A stretch of DNA of 64,000 nt from Candidatus Micrarchaeota archaeon (GTDB lineage Archaea > Micrarchaeota > Micrarchaeia > Anstonellales > Bilamarchaeaceae), in NCBI GenBank assembly GCA_016212505.1, contig JACRGB010000003.1, forward strand, positions 27,561-91,560. The letters run 5' to 3'. Within the stretch, counting starts at the first letter, position 1; the number at the start of each line of letters is the position of its first letter. The position numbers and the translations under genes are program-made. The notes under the pieces are model-generated. The model was given only the letters and a program-made list of their open reading frames with translations. It did not search any database and was not told the origin of the DNA. Below are positions 36,112 through 45,101 of the stretch, in pieces.

Positions 36112-37611
36112 TCAAATCAGCCTCGTAAGTCCTGCTATTTCTATATCCCCGCCAAAGGTCATGGAAAGCGAACGTATTGCGGCAATAGTGGAAATTATTG
36201 CAAGCAATGAAAAGAACATTGACCAGAAACTAAGCCTTGCAAGGATATCGAGCGGGCCATTTGGTTCCCAGGAAAAATTAATCCAGCTATCTTGCTTGCT
36301 CGCTTGGGAGAGTTGGCCGAACCAGCTATCCCGGTCGGTAGGATCGAACGCTTTTTCTGCCGCGGCAAGCGCTTTCTGCTGTTCTGCAACTACTGCCGGA
36401 TCCTTGCTGGCAGGATCATCACCTGGGCCTGCATTGAATCTGGGAATTAACTTATTGGTGGCTGGATCATTTTTTTCGATAGTTTCAAGATAGGCCAAAT
36501 CATAGGGATTGACCCCTTCCTTGGCAACACCCGAATACCCTTGTATATTTGCAAGAGTCTGCTGAGCACCCCGGGTGTCGAGCTTATTGCCCCCTCCTAT
36601 TACAGGTACAAAACCCAGTATATACATGGTGTTTGCAATTGGAGGGTCGGGATTGAGTTTGCCAAGAGGATTGGCTTTTACATTTAGGGGAGAAACCCAA
36701 TCATCACGGACATTATCCTTGAGCTGGATCATTACCAGCCCGGCAAAAGCATAGAAGGTCGGATAGATGAAATAGAGGGCAATTGCAATTGCAAGCATAA
36801 GGCCACCAAGGCGCCGGGTAAATGTGAATGTACGCAGAAGGGTCCCGGCAACAAAGAACGAAGGGAATATGGCAAGTGCGATAAAGCGCAGGAAAATTTC
36901 CTGCATCTTAGTGATCATAAGGATTTTCATGGCCCATTCAAATGCCAGAGATTTGACATTATTGCCCATTGTGAAGAATCCCCTCCAGGGGTTGAATGTG
37001 ATGAACCCGGTTTTTTCAAAAATAGTTTCAAAGTTTATAGTAAATTCTGCGGCCATAGAAGTCCAGATATAGTCGATATAGGTATTGAATGCAAAAGTAC
37101 TAGTTTCATCAAACACTTCCCGCAGGTGCCAGATGCCCATACGTACAGAACAGGAGGAAATGCCATTGTAAACAGAATATTGGTTTTCAGCAATATCGTC
37201 CCCGCATATGTCTATACACGCATAGTCACGTATGCCATTGTTTACCAGCGGGATCTGACCTGCACGAAATTGTTGGACGTAAGTTGTAGTTGCAGTAGTT
37301 GCGCCAGGGCAGAGGGTCCCAGGAGAAGGTTGGGGATTATTTCCGATACCCTGGTGCGGCATCAGGAGAATAGCCCCATGCACAACACCATCAACAAGCG
37401 GAAGGCTGGTTATTGCAAAAGAAAGGATTATCGCTGAATAAAATAATTCTGCTAGTTCCATTTTGGCCCATGCCTTTATTTTATCGTTCATGAGCATGCT
37501 GCCGATCATATACACTCCGCCAATTAGGCAAGTAACTATTCCGAATGCAATTCCGGCAAAAGCGAGCCAGTCGCCCCAGAACAATTTTATAGTTGTAAAT
37601 ACATCGACCAT
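36112..37611 (-). CDS. Polytopic membrane protein, paralog family member P4 (499 aa)
   Basis: Motifs GSMLMNDKIKAWAKMELAEL and LLRTFTFTRRLGGLMLAIAIALYFIYP. C-terminus GDIEIAGLTRLI. Confidence 0.7.
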   Translation of the reverse strand: MVDVFTTIKLFWGDWLAFAGIAFGIVTCLIGGVYMIGSMLMNDKIKAWAKMELAELFYSAIILSFAITSLPLVDGVVHGAILLMPHQGIGNNPQPSPGTLCPGATTATTTYVQQFRAGQIPLVNNGIRDYACIDICGDDIAENQYSVYNGISSCSVRMGIWHLREVFDETSTFAFNTYIDYIWTSMAAEFTINFETIFEKTGFITFNPWRGFFTMGNNVKSLAFEWAMKILMITKMQEIFLRFIALAIFPSFFVAGTLLRTFTFTRRLGGLMLAIAIALYFIYPTFYAFAGLVMIQLKDNVRDDWVSPLNVKANPLGKLNPDPPIANTMYILGFVPVIGGGNKLDTRGAQQTLANIQGYSGVAKEGVNPYDLAYLETIEKNDPATNKLIPRFNAGPGDDPASKDPAVVAEQQKALAAAEKAFDPTDRDSWFGQLSQASKQDSWINFSWEPNGPLDILARLSFWSMFFSLLAIISTIAAIRSLSMTFGGDIEIAGLTRLI

Positions 37612-37652
37612 ATTGCATCCTCAGAGGTTTACTCATAAATTCTTCAAAATAC

Positions 37653-39416
37653 CTACATTTTCATCAGTATAAATTTCGTCATCGCATTTATGAATGCTAT
37701 AGTGACCATAATTGAGAGTGCGGGCATAAATAATGATAGAAGGGTAAGTACCGCAAAGTGCCGCATGATTATTGTAAATTCCGGCATGGGCAGGAGCCCC
37801 AGTACCCCTTCTGAGAAAAAATTACCCAGTGACTTTTGCACCGCAGTCCCTTTGGGAAGGTATTCGAATATTTTCCCCGGTGCAGTAGCGGGATTAAAGA
37901 AATAGCCAAATGCACCGTATTTTACCGGCCCGCATATTGAGTAAATTAAGGTGTTGGGGCTTTGGTATCCCGAAGGCCCAAGGTCCTCATACGCTTTCTT
38001 ATCGATCAGATAACCCATCGGAAAAACAATTTGGAAGCCTAATGCAAATGCCATAAGGAATGCACCTGCATCGCGGGTGGGCGGGAAAAAGTGCAGGATA
38101 AGCCCCGCAGGGAGGAAAAAATTACCCATAGTAGAATCTATGAAATAGAGAAGGCTGATTTGCGCAGATAAGCTGCCATAAACAGCTACGAGCCCATAGG
38201 AAAGGACATTGGAAATAGAAACAAAAGTATCGATTCCAGGAAAAACCTTATAGGTACGGGTAAGCACGGATTCTCCGATCCTTCTTGCATAAACGCTGAG
38301 CATGGAAGTGCAGGACTGTATCGAGTAAACATCATATATGCCGTTTAGTACTGGATCAAGTGCCTTCTCTTGCAGGAAATTTATTGCGGCAAGGGAAGGC
38401 GAGTTGGTATGGTAAGCATCATTTGCCCAAGCTGAAACGATCTGGCTGCCTACAACGAAAAGTCCTGCCACAAAGAGGACAAGAAGGAATGAGCGGAAAA
38501 GGTTGGAAAGTTCGACATTGAGGTAGCCCTCCCATTCAGGAACCCGGAAAACTTTTGAAACTATATAAGTCAGGAAAATTATCAGGGAAACAAAAAAGAA
38601 TACGTTGATCATCAGGTCAGCGTAGGGAGAAATGGATGCGGCAGTGCCTATTTTTGTCTGAAGTATCGAATCAAATGCGCCACCTTTAGCTAAAAAGACC
38701 TTGAATACGACGAAATAGACTATTGCTACAATAAAAGTACTTGCAAGGAGATTATTCGCAAATCCGGTTGCCCTGGCCCGGGTTTCTGCGCCAAACATCA
38801 TCCCGGCAGCATAGAAAACCGCTGCAAGAATAGCAAAGACGATTGTCAGGAATGCAAGTGAATTTTCGGATATGGTTTTTAGGTCGCTGAAGATTTTTAA
38901 GAAATCGACGGATGATGGCTCGCCACCGGCATTAAGGCTGGGCTGGATGATCGAGAGGAGGAAGAACATTATGATTATTACTAACGCCGAAACACCAACC
39001 GCAGTAAGCATGCTTTCAGTCCAGGTAGATGCTTTTGCTCTTAAGTCTGCACCAAACATCTGGCCAATAACATAAACTGAAGCCGCTATTACGATCATGG
39101 TGATTAGGAGAATCCCCATGACAGAAAGGGCAAAGGGAAGTAGGGAATTAGGGGAACTGTTAAGGGCGGATAAGGGATCAATTGGTGGATTGGCGGCAAA
39201 TGAAAATGAGGGCAGGAGTAGCGATAGAAATAGCACAAGCAGGAAGAGCGAGAAAGGAGTTTTTATGTTTTTTATTATATTGGAATTTGCAAATTCCAAT
39301 GCGTGGAGAAATTCTTTGGAATTTCTCCTGTAGCGAACCGTGTTCGCTACGGACAAATTTTTGCGAAAATTTGTCCTTGTAGTCTTCGTGAAGTCCATTA
39401 ATAGCACCCTTTTCAT
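37653..39416 (-). CDS. Polytopic membrane protein, paralog family member P5 (587 aa; 5' end doubtful)
   Basis: Motifs GQMFGADLRAKASTWTESML and LILHFFPPTRDAGAFLMAFALGFQIVFP. Lacks the GLTR-type C-terminal tail. Its first ~45 codons are made of four tandem DNA palindromes (see repeat feature). Confidence 0.65.
   Translation of the reverse strand: MKRVLLMDFTKTTRTNFRKNLSVANTVRYRRNSKEFLHALEFANSNIIKNIKTPFSLFLLVLFLSLLLPSFSFAANPPIDPLSALNSSPNSLLPFALSVMGILLITMIVIAASVYVIGQMFGADLRAKASTWTESMLTAVGVSALVIIIMFFLLSIIQPSLNAGGEPSSVDFLKIFSDLKTISENSLAFLTIVFAILAAVFYAAGMMFGAETRARATGFANNLLASTFIVAIVYFVVFKVFLAKGGAFDSILQTKIGTAASISPYADLMINVFFFVSLIIFLTYIVSKVFRVPEWEGYLNVELSNLFRSFLLVLFVAGLFVVGSQIVSAWANDAYHTNSPSLAAINFLQEKALDPVLNGIYDVYSIQSCTSMLSVYARRIGESVLTRTYKVFPGIDTFVSISNVLSYGLVAVYGSLSAQISLLYFIDSTMGNFFLPAGLILHFFPPTRDAGAFLMAFALGFQIVFPMGYLIDKKAYEDLGPSGYQSPNTLIYSICGPVKYGAFGYFFNPATAPGKIFEYLPKGTAVQKSLGNFFSEGVLGLLPMPEFTIIMRHFAVLTLLSLFMPALSIMVTIAFINAMTKFILMKM
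39280..39376. repeat. Four tandem perfect palindromes at the P6/P5 junction, two of them the same motifs found upstream of dnaG
   Basis: TTGGAATTT-gc-AAATTCCAA (39280-39299); GGAGAAATTC-tttg-GAATTTCTCC (39305-39328); TAGCGAAC-cgt-GTTCGCTA (39331-39349); GGACAAATTT-ttgcga-AAATTTGTCC (39351-39376). Confidence 0.55.
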
Positions 39417-40690
39417 ACCACTTTTGTTAAACCGACCAATTCAGCTTCACCGCCAATTAGCATAGAAATGCTGCGGTACATTGTCACGGTGATTATTATT
39501 TCCAGGACAGTGGTGAGTATCACAAGCACAATAAATGGTGAAATGGTCCCAACTTCGTTCAATATGAAGTAATAGAGCCCGGCTGAAGAACTCGTAGGAA
39601 GGAAAGTTGATTTGGACCCAAAGAGGCTGGGGTAAAAATCGCCGGTTGTGCCTACCATAAAGAGCCAGATATTTCTTACAGTTGCAGCCAAAGATCCTCC
39701 TGTATTCCAGGCTGCACGAGCCATATTTTTGAGACTGCAAAGCAGACCAGTAACCCCATCACATCCGAGAGTTGGGGTTTTTGTTGCATCTGCAAGCTTG
39801 TCTGCTTCTTGAAATTCCTTGGTGATCGCATCGGTCCTACTCCCCTCCCTCCATTCAGTTATGAGTTTGGTCCAATAACCCTCATCATGATGAGTTGCAA
39901 GGTAAGATGGAGTTTGCGGGGTGTAAACAAAATCCGCTGGTTTGTACATGGAAAAAATCAGATAATGTGAAAAAATTGTGGCAAAGGGAAGGACAAAATA
40001 CATTGCAAAACAAATTGCGAGGATGCTTGAACCTGTGGTCCGGTAAAAGGGAAATGCACGGAGGATGAGGCCAAAGGGAAGGATAATTAATGGGATTGCG
40101 TCTTTAGTGAAAATGAGTATAAATTCCTTGGCCATTAAAACAGTAACAAGATAACTGATAGTCTCTACGATTATGGTGTGGGCATCACTAAGAAGGGTTA
40201 GTCCGGTAAATGGTGCAAATGAAAATGAGATAATGGCTACTGAGGGTATGGGCGAGCTGACCGGGAAACTGACTGTGGAAAGGAAACCTATCAGGGCTTC
40301 AAAAAGATAAAGGTCAATATACTGGGAGAAAAGCTTTTCTTTTAGGATAGTTAACACGCCAAGGGCAAGGTTGATATGTGCAGAGGTATAAACCTGATTT
40401 GGGTTTGCATTATTTATTACCCCACCAAGCCCTGAAGTACTTGATTGCAGCGCACCCTGGACCAGGGCATTTAAGGTGGTATCGAGGCTAAGCCAAAAGA
40501 AAATGATTACTGCAGAAAAAATTAAAGCAGCCAGTTCTTCCTTTGCAATAGCAGTAATTGAAGGGCTTTGTAAAAAATAAGCCACAAGAAATATTGAGCC
40601 GGTTAACCCCGTGGCAAAACCAAGGGAAACAAATATCATAGACCAGGCTGCTGGCGGTAAAGTTATTGCCAATAGCAGGGGAAGTAGCAT
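39413..40690 (-). CDS. Polytopic membrane protein, paralog family member P6 (425 aa), first gene of the locus
   Basis: Motifs AYFLQSPSITAIAKEELAAL and LILRAFPFYRTTGSSILAICFAMYFVLP. C-terminus GGEAELVGLTKVV. Confidence 0.7.
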   Translation of the reverse strand: MLLPLLLAITLPPAAWSMIFVSLGFATGLTGSIFLVAYFLQSPSITAIAKEELAALIFSAVIIFFWLSLDTTLNALVQGALQSSTSGLGGVINNANPNQVYTSAHINLALGVLTILKEKLFSQYIDLYLFEALIGFLSTVSFPVSSPIPSVAIISFSFAPFTGLTLLSDAHTIIVETISYLVTVLMAKEFILIFTKDAIPLIILPFGLILRAFPFYRTTGSSILAICFAMYFVLPFATIFSHYLIFSMYKPADFVYTPQTPSYLATHHDEGYWTKLITEWREGSRTDAITKEFQEADKLADATKTPTLGCDGVTGLLCSLKNMARAAWNTGGSLAATVRNIWLFMVGTTGDFYPSLFGSKSTFLPTSSSAGLYYFILNEVGTISPFIVLVILTTVLEIIITVTMYRSISMLIGGEAELVGLTKVV

Positions 40691-40741
40691 AAATAAACTA
40701 CTTCAGCACTTTTTATAAAAGCACCTGATATTATTCTATTT

Positions 40742-42034
40742 ATGCACAGAACACATTACGTTACAGAAGCTAAAAAGGCTGTTGGGTCGATTGTTAGGAT
40801 TGCAGGATGGGTACATGATGTCCGTGACTTGGGGAAAATGCGGTTTGTCATAGTAAGGGACATTACCGGCCTGATGCAGGTTACTATAAAGAAAGGGTTG
40901 GTGCCTGATGATCTGCTCGAGCGGACCAAAGTTAATAAGGAGGATGTTGTCAGTTTTTTTGGCTTGCTAAAGGAAAATAAGATTGCTCCGGATGGAGTCG
41001 AACTTATACCTGAAGAATTCGAGCATCTGAATAAGGTTGAAGTTAAGCTGCCGGTCGATCCGACAGGAGTGGTTCCTGCTGAAATCGATACGAGACTTGA
41101 CAATCGATGCATTGATTTACGGAGAAAAGAAACTACCCTTATCTTTAGGGTCAAATCAGTTGCAGCAAATGCATTCAAAGAAAAGCTCCTGGAGAAAAAA
41201 TTTATTGAAATCCATACTTCCGCGATAACAGGTACTGCAACCGAAGGCGGATCGGATGTTTTTGAAGTTCAGTATTTTGAAAATAAGGCATATCTTGTGC
41301 AATCGCCACAGCTCTATAAGCAGCTCGCGGTGATTGGGGGGCTGGACCGGGTGATGATGAGCGTTCCAGTTTTTCGGGCTGAAAAACACAACACTACAAC
41401 TCATTTGAATGAAGTAACGCAGATGGATATCGAGATGGGTTTTGCTGACCATAATGATGCGATGGAAATTTTAGAAGAAGTTGTTTTGCACATGCTTAGC
41501 GTAGTAAAGAGAGAATTGGGCGAAGAAATTGAAAAAACATTTGGCGAACTTGTTGTGCCAACAAAAGTCCCAAGATACAGCTATACAGAATTAGTCAAGA
41601 AGCTTAACGAAAATAATTTTGAAATGAAACACGGATGGGACTTTACCAAAGAAGCAGAGAAAAAACTTCATGAACTTCTTGGCGATGAACTTTACTTTAT
41701 CTATGACTGGCCGACTTCGGTTCGCGCATTTTATTCAATGCCGGATTCAAAAAATCCGGAAATCTGCCATGCATTTGATTTGATGTATAGGGGACTTGAA
41801 ATATCTAGTGGTGCAATGCGCATCCATATTCCAGCATTAATTGAAGAGCAATTAAAGAAGCGCGGTTTGGACCCAAATAATTTTGAATTCTACATTAACG
41901 CGTTTCGAGTGGGTGCACCGCCACATGCTGGCTGGTCGATAGGTTTAGAGCGATTAGTCATGAAAATGTGCAAGCAGGAGAATATCAGAGAATGCATGCT
42001 TTTCCCAAGGGATAGGAATAGGCTGATGCCGTAA
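40742..42034 (+). CDS. aspS: Aspartyl-tRNA synthetase (archaeal/eukaryotic-type class IIb)
   Basis: 430 aa with an N-terminal OB-fold (IAGWVHDVRDLGKMRFVIVRD). Class II motifs FRAEKHNTTTHLNEVTQMDIEM, FYSMPD, CHAFDLMYRGLEISSGAMRIH and GAPPHAGWSIGLERLVM. Confidence 0.9.
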   Translation: MHRTHYVTEAKKAVGSIVRIAGWVHDVRDLGKMRFVIVRDITGLMQVTIKKGLVPDDLLERTKVNKEDVVSFFGLLKENKIAPDGVELIPEEFEHLNKVEVKLPVDPTGVVPAEIDTRLDNRCIDLRRKETTLIFRVKSVAANAFKEKLLEKKFIEIHTSAITGTATEGGSDVFEVQYFENKAYLVQSPQLYKQLAVIGGLDRVMMSVPVFRAEKHNTTTHLNEVTQMDIEMGFADHNDAMEILEEVVLHMLSVVKRELGEEIEKTFGELVVPTKVPRYSYTELVKKLNENNFEMKHGWDFTKEAEKKLHELLGDELYFIYDWPTSVRAFYSMPDSKNPEICHAFDLMYRGLEISSGAMRIHIPALIEEQLKKRGLDPNNFEFYINAFRVGAPPHAGWSIGLERLVMKMCKQENIRECMLFPRDRNRLMP

Positions 42035-42106
42035 ACAGAAAAAAGTGATTGAGATGTTATGTCAGATCTTTGATTCAAAAGAAGTGAAAAAAATTGAACA
42101 ATGTAC

Positions 42107-42502
42107 TCAATAGTTTTCCGCAGTAATTCCAGGAATCCTTGAAAAATGCTTTACATTTTCAGTTATTATAACGTTTTCTCCATTGGTTAATGCAATTGCG
42201 GCAATTAGAGCATCAGTTTCATTCACATCTTGGCCTTTTTGTTTAAGTTCTGCAGAGATACGCGCAGCACCATCGGTGCTTGTGGCATCTAATTCAAGTA
42301 TGGTTATTGAATCAAGAAAAGCATAAAAAATTTTAAGTTCTTTCTCTTTTACATCGGATTTTTGAAAATATATTCCAACTAGCACTTCAAAAACATTTAT
42401 TCTCGTAGTAAAAACATCTGAAGAAAGTGTTTTTACCTTACGTAGTGCGCTTTGCTTATTTTTTAAAAAATGAATAATGAAGGTCGTATCAAGAACTACC
42501 AT
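42107..42502 (-). CDS. vapC: PIN-domain toxin VapC
   Basis: 131 aa. MVVLDTTFIIHFL plus C-terminal acidic residues. Overlaps the upstream small gene. Confidence 0.8.
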   Translation of the reverse strand: MVVLDTTFIIHFLKNKQSALRKVKTLSSDVFTTRINVFEVLVGIYFQKSDVKEKELKIFYAFLDSITILELDATSTDGAARISAELKQKGQDVNETDALIAAIALTNGENVIITENVKHFSRIPGITAENY

Positions 42503-42732
42503 TTTAGAGGCACCTTTCTCCAGTTTTTCCTTACTTTCTTTACTACGGTTTCCATTTCTTTTGTCTCTTTTTCAGACATAAAGCTCCATGAGCCTGCAAA
42601 GTCCATAAAGTTTTTTTTACTCTTTTGCGGATGTATGAACTTGTGGATCACCTTACTATAACTTTCGCCAGGCCTTTTAAGGGTGGTAAGTTCCTTGTAA
42701 ACTGCATCAGAAATCATTATTGCATGGGCCAT
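42496..42732 (-). CDS. Putative VapB-type antitoxin
   Basis: ~78 aa if started at the Met at 42732 (MAHAIMISDAVYKELTTLKRPGESYSKVIHKFI...). Overlaps the vapC start by 7 nt. Confidence 0.5.
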   Translation of the reverse strand: MAHAIMISDAVYKELTTLKRPGESYSKVIHKFIHPQKSKKNFMDFAGSWSFMSEKETKEMETVVKKVRKNWRKVPLKW

Positions 42733-42847
42733 CAAGTCACCTATATATACATAGTATATATACATTTAAAATAGTTTCGAAAACAGGAGAACTACTAAAT
42801 TTAGGAGAGATAGAAGTAGATTAATGCTATAAATTAATGAAGCAAAA

Positions 42848-43768
42848 TCAGGGTTTGGTTTTGATTCTAAACGGAGCATCCGGACTGCGCATAAATTCTT
42901 CAAAACCGGTAAGATCTAAATCGGTAATTCTCTTAGGGAGATTGTCTTCGAAGTTTCCTTTACCAAATTTGTCGCCATAATAACGTATTATCTGCTCTGC
43001 CCTCATAATATTCAGCCTAGCCAACCGTCCTGGATCGCATTCAGTTTTATCCACAAAATCCACAAGAAAAAAAGATTCTTTTGGAGGTTTAGCAGAGGGA
43101 TCAAAAGCTTTCCAAAGGGCTGAATCTTTGGGAACTAATACAAAAAGCGTTAATTTGGAGGGATCTTTGGCAACTTCTTCGCTTTTGCGAACTGGGAGTA
43201 CATCTGCGAGAAAATTTTGCCTACCATAAGCGTCAGTATAGCAAGAAATTTCAATTTTTAGCACCCCGAAAGAACAGTTTTGGGCGGCATCGAAAAGGAG
43301 AACTTTTTGTACCATCACCTCAGGTACTATCGGCCAATCGGAAAGATTGCCGGAACTTATTGAAACTTTTGTTACCGCGCCGCCAGTGTTTTCGAATATC
43401 GCTGCGCCAGTAGGGCTCAGCTCGAGTGTTAGGTCCCTATCAACAACACAGATAGACTCAATCGAAGGTGGCTTATCTTTTTGAAGGTCTAATTGTATTG
43501 AAACCGCTCGGCCTTTTTGGCGGAGTGATTGTGAAGGCATCTCAGGGGCCAGGATATGAAATTTGCCCACTTCTCTTTGGGGCGAAGGAGGCAAACCAGT
43601 AGTCTTCCTTGTTGGGCCAGTATAAGATGCTATTGAGTGTTGAAAAGCATCGGATAATCTTGCCATCATATATACTTGGTAAAAACAGTTTATAAATGTT
43701 ACTAAAAATGATGAAAACTGTAATGTGGGGGGTAGTAGCCTAGGGGGCAGCGCCCCCTGGCCCTGCAC
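42848..43768 (-). CDS. Hypothetical protein
   Basis: 306-aa ORF. The start may be an internal Met (MMARLSD...). No recognised motifs. Confidence 0.4.
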   Translation of the reverse strand: MQGQGALPPRLLPPTLQFSSFLVTFINCFYQVYMMARLSDAFQHSIASYTGPTRKTTGLPPSPQREVGKFHILAPEMPSQSLRQKGRAVSIQLDLQKDKPPSIESICVVDRDLTLELSPTGAAIFENTGGAVTKVSISSGNLSDWPIVPEVMVQKVLLFDAAQNCSFGVLKIEISCYTDAYGRQNFLADVLPVRKSEEVAKDPSKLTLFVLVPKDSALWKAFDPSAKPPKESFFLVDFVDKTECDPGRLARLNIMRAEQIIRYYGDKFGKGNFEDNLPKRITDLDLTGFEEFMRSPDAPFRIKTKP

Positions 43769-43880
43769 ACTTGTTCAACCGCTTTTTCATTGCTTGAAGC
43801 TCAAAGGGCCATTACATGTGCAAAGGAATGATGATAAGAACAGATTAAAAATAGGGAAAAGAAGAGAAAAAAAGAAACGA

Positions 43881-45101
43881 CTATCGTTTCTTCTTGCCCA
43901 TGAACATGAATGCCGCACCGCCCACAATAACCACAAGGACGATCAATCCGATTATGATGGGAATAAGAAGATCGGTTTTTGGAGCGGGTTTAGCAACAGG
44001 AGCAGATGGAGCGGATTTTGCCAGCTGGCCTGCAACTGAAGAAACAGATTTGGCAAGGCTCAACGCGGTGGCGTAGTCTCCCTTATTGAATGCAATAACA
44101 GCATCATTTAGTTTTGATTGTAATGAAGAAGTATCCTGGCCTGCTGCTTTTGCTTTTGCAATGTCGCTCCTTGCCTGTGAAATGGCCACTTGGGCGCTTG
44201 ACTGTGCTTCCAGATTAGGGGACGGGTCTTCGGGGGGAGAAAGCGGAACAGGTGTGGGATTAACTGAAGGGGATGAATTGTTTTGCGGAGTAGGTTGGGG
44301 GGTTGGAGCAGGTGTTGGAGTAGGTGTTGGTGATGGAGTCGGGGCAGGTGTTGTTGGTGAAGTTGAGGTATTTGTAGAAGTAGAAGAACTGCTTGATGAA
44401 CTGCCAGAAGAACCAGAAGATGGAGGAGTTATACTCAAAGTAAGTGCAGCAGCACTTATTGTGTTACCGTTAACATCAAAGCTTACTGAACCAGAAGTGG
44501 TTGGAGTTATGGTCCATGAGAGTGAAGAGGAACTTCCACCTGGAATAGAAACTGAACCAGATGTCGAACCACCTGAAATACTAGCTCCGGAAGCACTTAA
44601 AGAATAACTGGCAGTTGCCGTGCTACCACCAGTATTGGTTATAGTAACAGAGTAAGTAACCGACTGGGTTGAAGTTAATGTAGATGATGAAGGGGAGTTT
44701 TTAGAAACTGAGAACTGATCTCCAGCCACAAACTCAATTGCCTGCTGGGTACCAGTTGCAGGGGTGCCAGATGATGGAGTAACTTGAGCATTAAAATTAT
44801 AAGTTCCTGCAGATGAAGCAGTGATAGTAAAAGTTTTAGAATCGCCAGTCTGAACTCCGGAATATTGATACGAAGAAGATGCAGAGGGATCAGTTACGCT
44901 GAGTCCGGAAGTAAGATCATAAAGTTGGAGGGTTGCGCCACTACAATCAGAGTCTCCGCCAACGATTACAGTTACAGATACGGAATTACCAACAGTAGCG
45001 CTTGCAGCAGCAGATATTGAAGAAATGCTGCAAGTTGAAAAAGCCGCTAGAGATAGCAATAACAAACCAAAAAGAAAAACTTTAGTAGACATCATAATCA
45101 C
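43881..45101 (-). CDS. Surface (S-layer anchor-like) protein: signal peptide, Ser/Thr-rich domain, Pro-Thr linker, coiled coil, C-terminal TM anchor
   Basis: 406 aa. Starts MIMMSTKVFLFGLLLLSLAAFS. Linker TPAPTPSPTPTPTPAPTPQPTPQ. C-terminus LLIPIIIGLIVLVVIVGGAAFMFMGKKKR. Overlaps the upstream large surface gene by 4 nt (ATGA). Confidence 0.7.
   Translation of the reverse strand: MIMMSTKVFLFGLLLLSLAAFSTCSISSISAAASATVGNSVSVTVIVGGDSDCSGATLQLYDLTSGLSVTDPSASSSYQYSGVQTGDSKTFTITASSAGTYNFNAQVTPSSGTPATGTQQAIEFVAGDQFSVSKNSPSSSTLTSTQSVTYSVTITNTGGSTATASYSLSASGASISGGSTSGSVSIPGGSSSSLSWTITPTTSGSVSFDVNGNTISAAALTLSITPPSSGSSGSSSSSSSTSTNTSTSPTTPAPTPSPTPTPTPAPTPQPTPQNNSSPSVNPTPVPLSPPEDPSPNLEAQSSAQVAISQARSDIAKAKAAGQDTSSLQSKLNDAVIAFNKGDYATALSLAKSVSSVAGQLAKSAPSAPVAKPAPKTDLLIPIIIGLIVLVVIVGGAAFMFMGKKKR

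Noticed and set aside
33820-37437. Plus-strand ORFs within the membrane-paralog locus (33820..34089, 34651..34974, 35957..36493, 36824..37072, 37126..37437 and others)
   Set aside because: All are antisense to the contiguous minus-strand P1-P6 genes, which show conserved family motifs. Arg/Pro-rich artefactual translations.
44086-44607. Plus-strand 173-aa Gly/Val-rich ORF
   Set aside because: It is the antisense of the Ser/Thr/Pro-rich surface protein gene. Reverse-complement codon bias creates the G/V/E-rich artefact.
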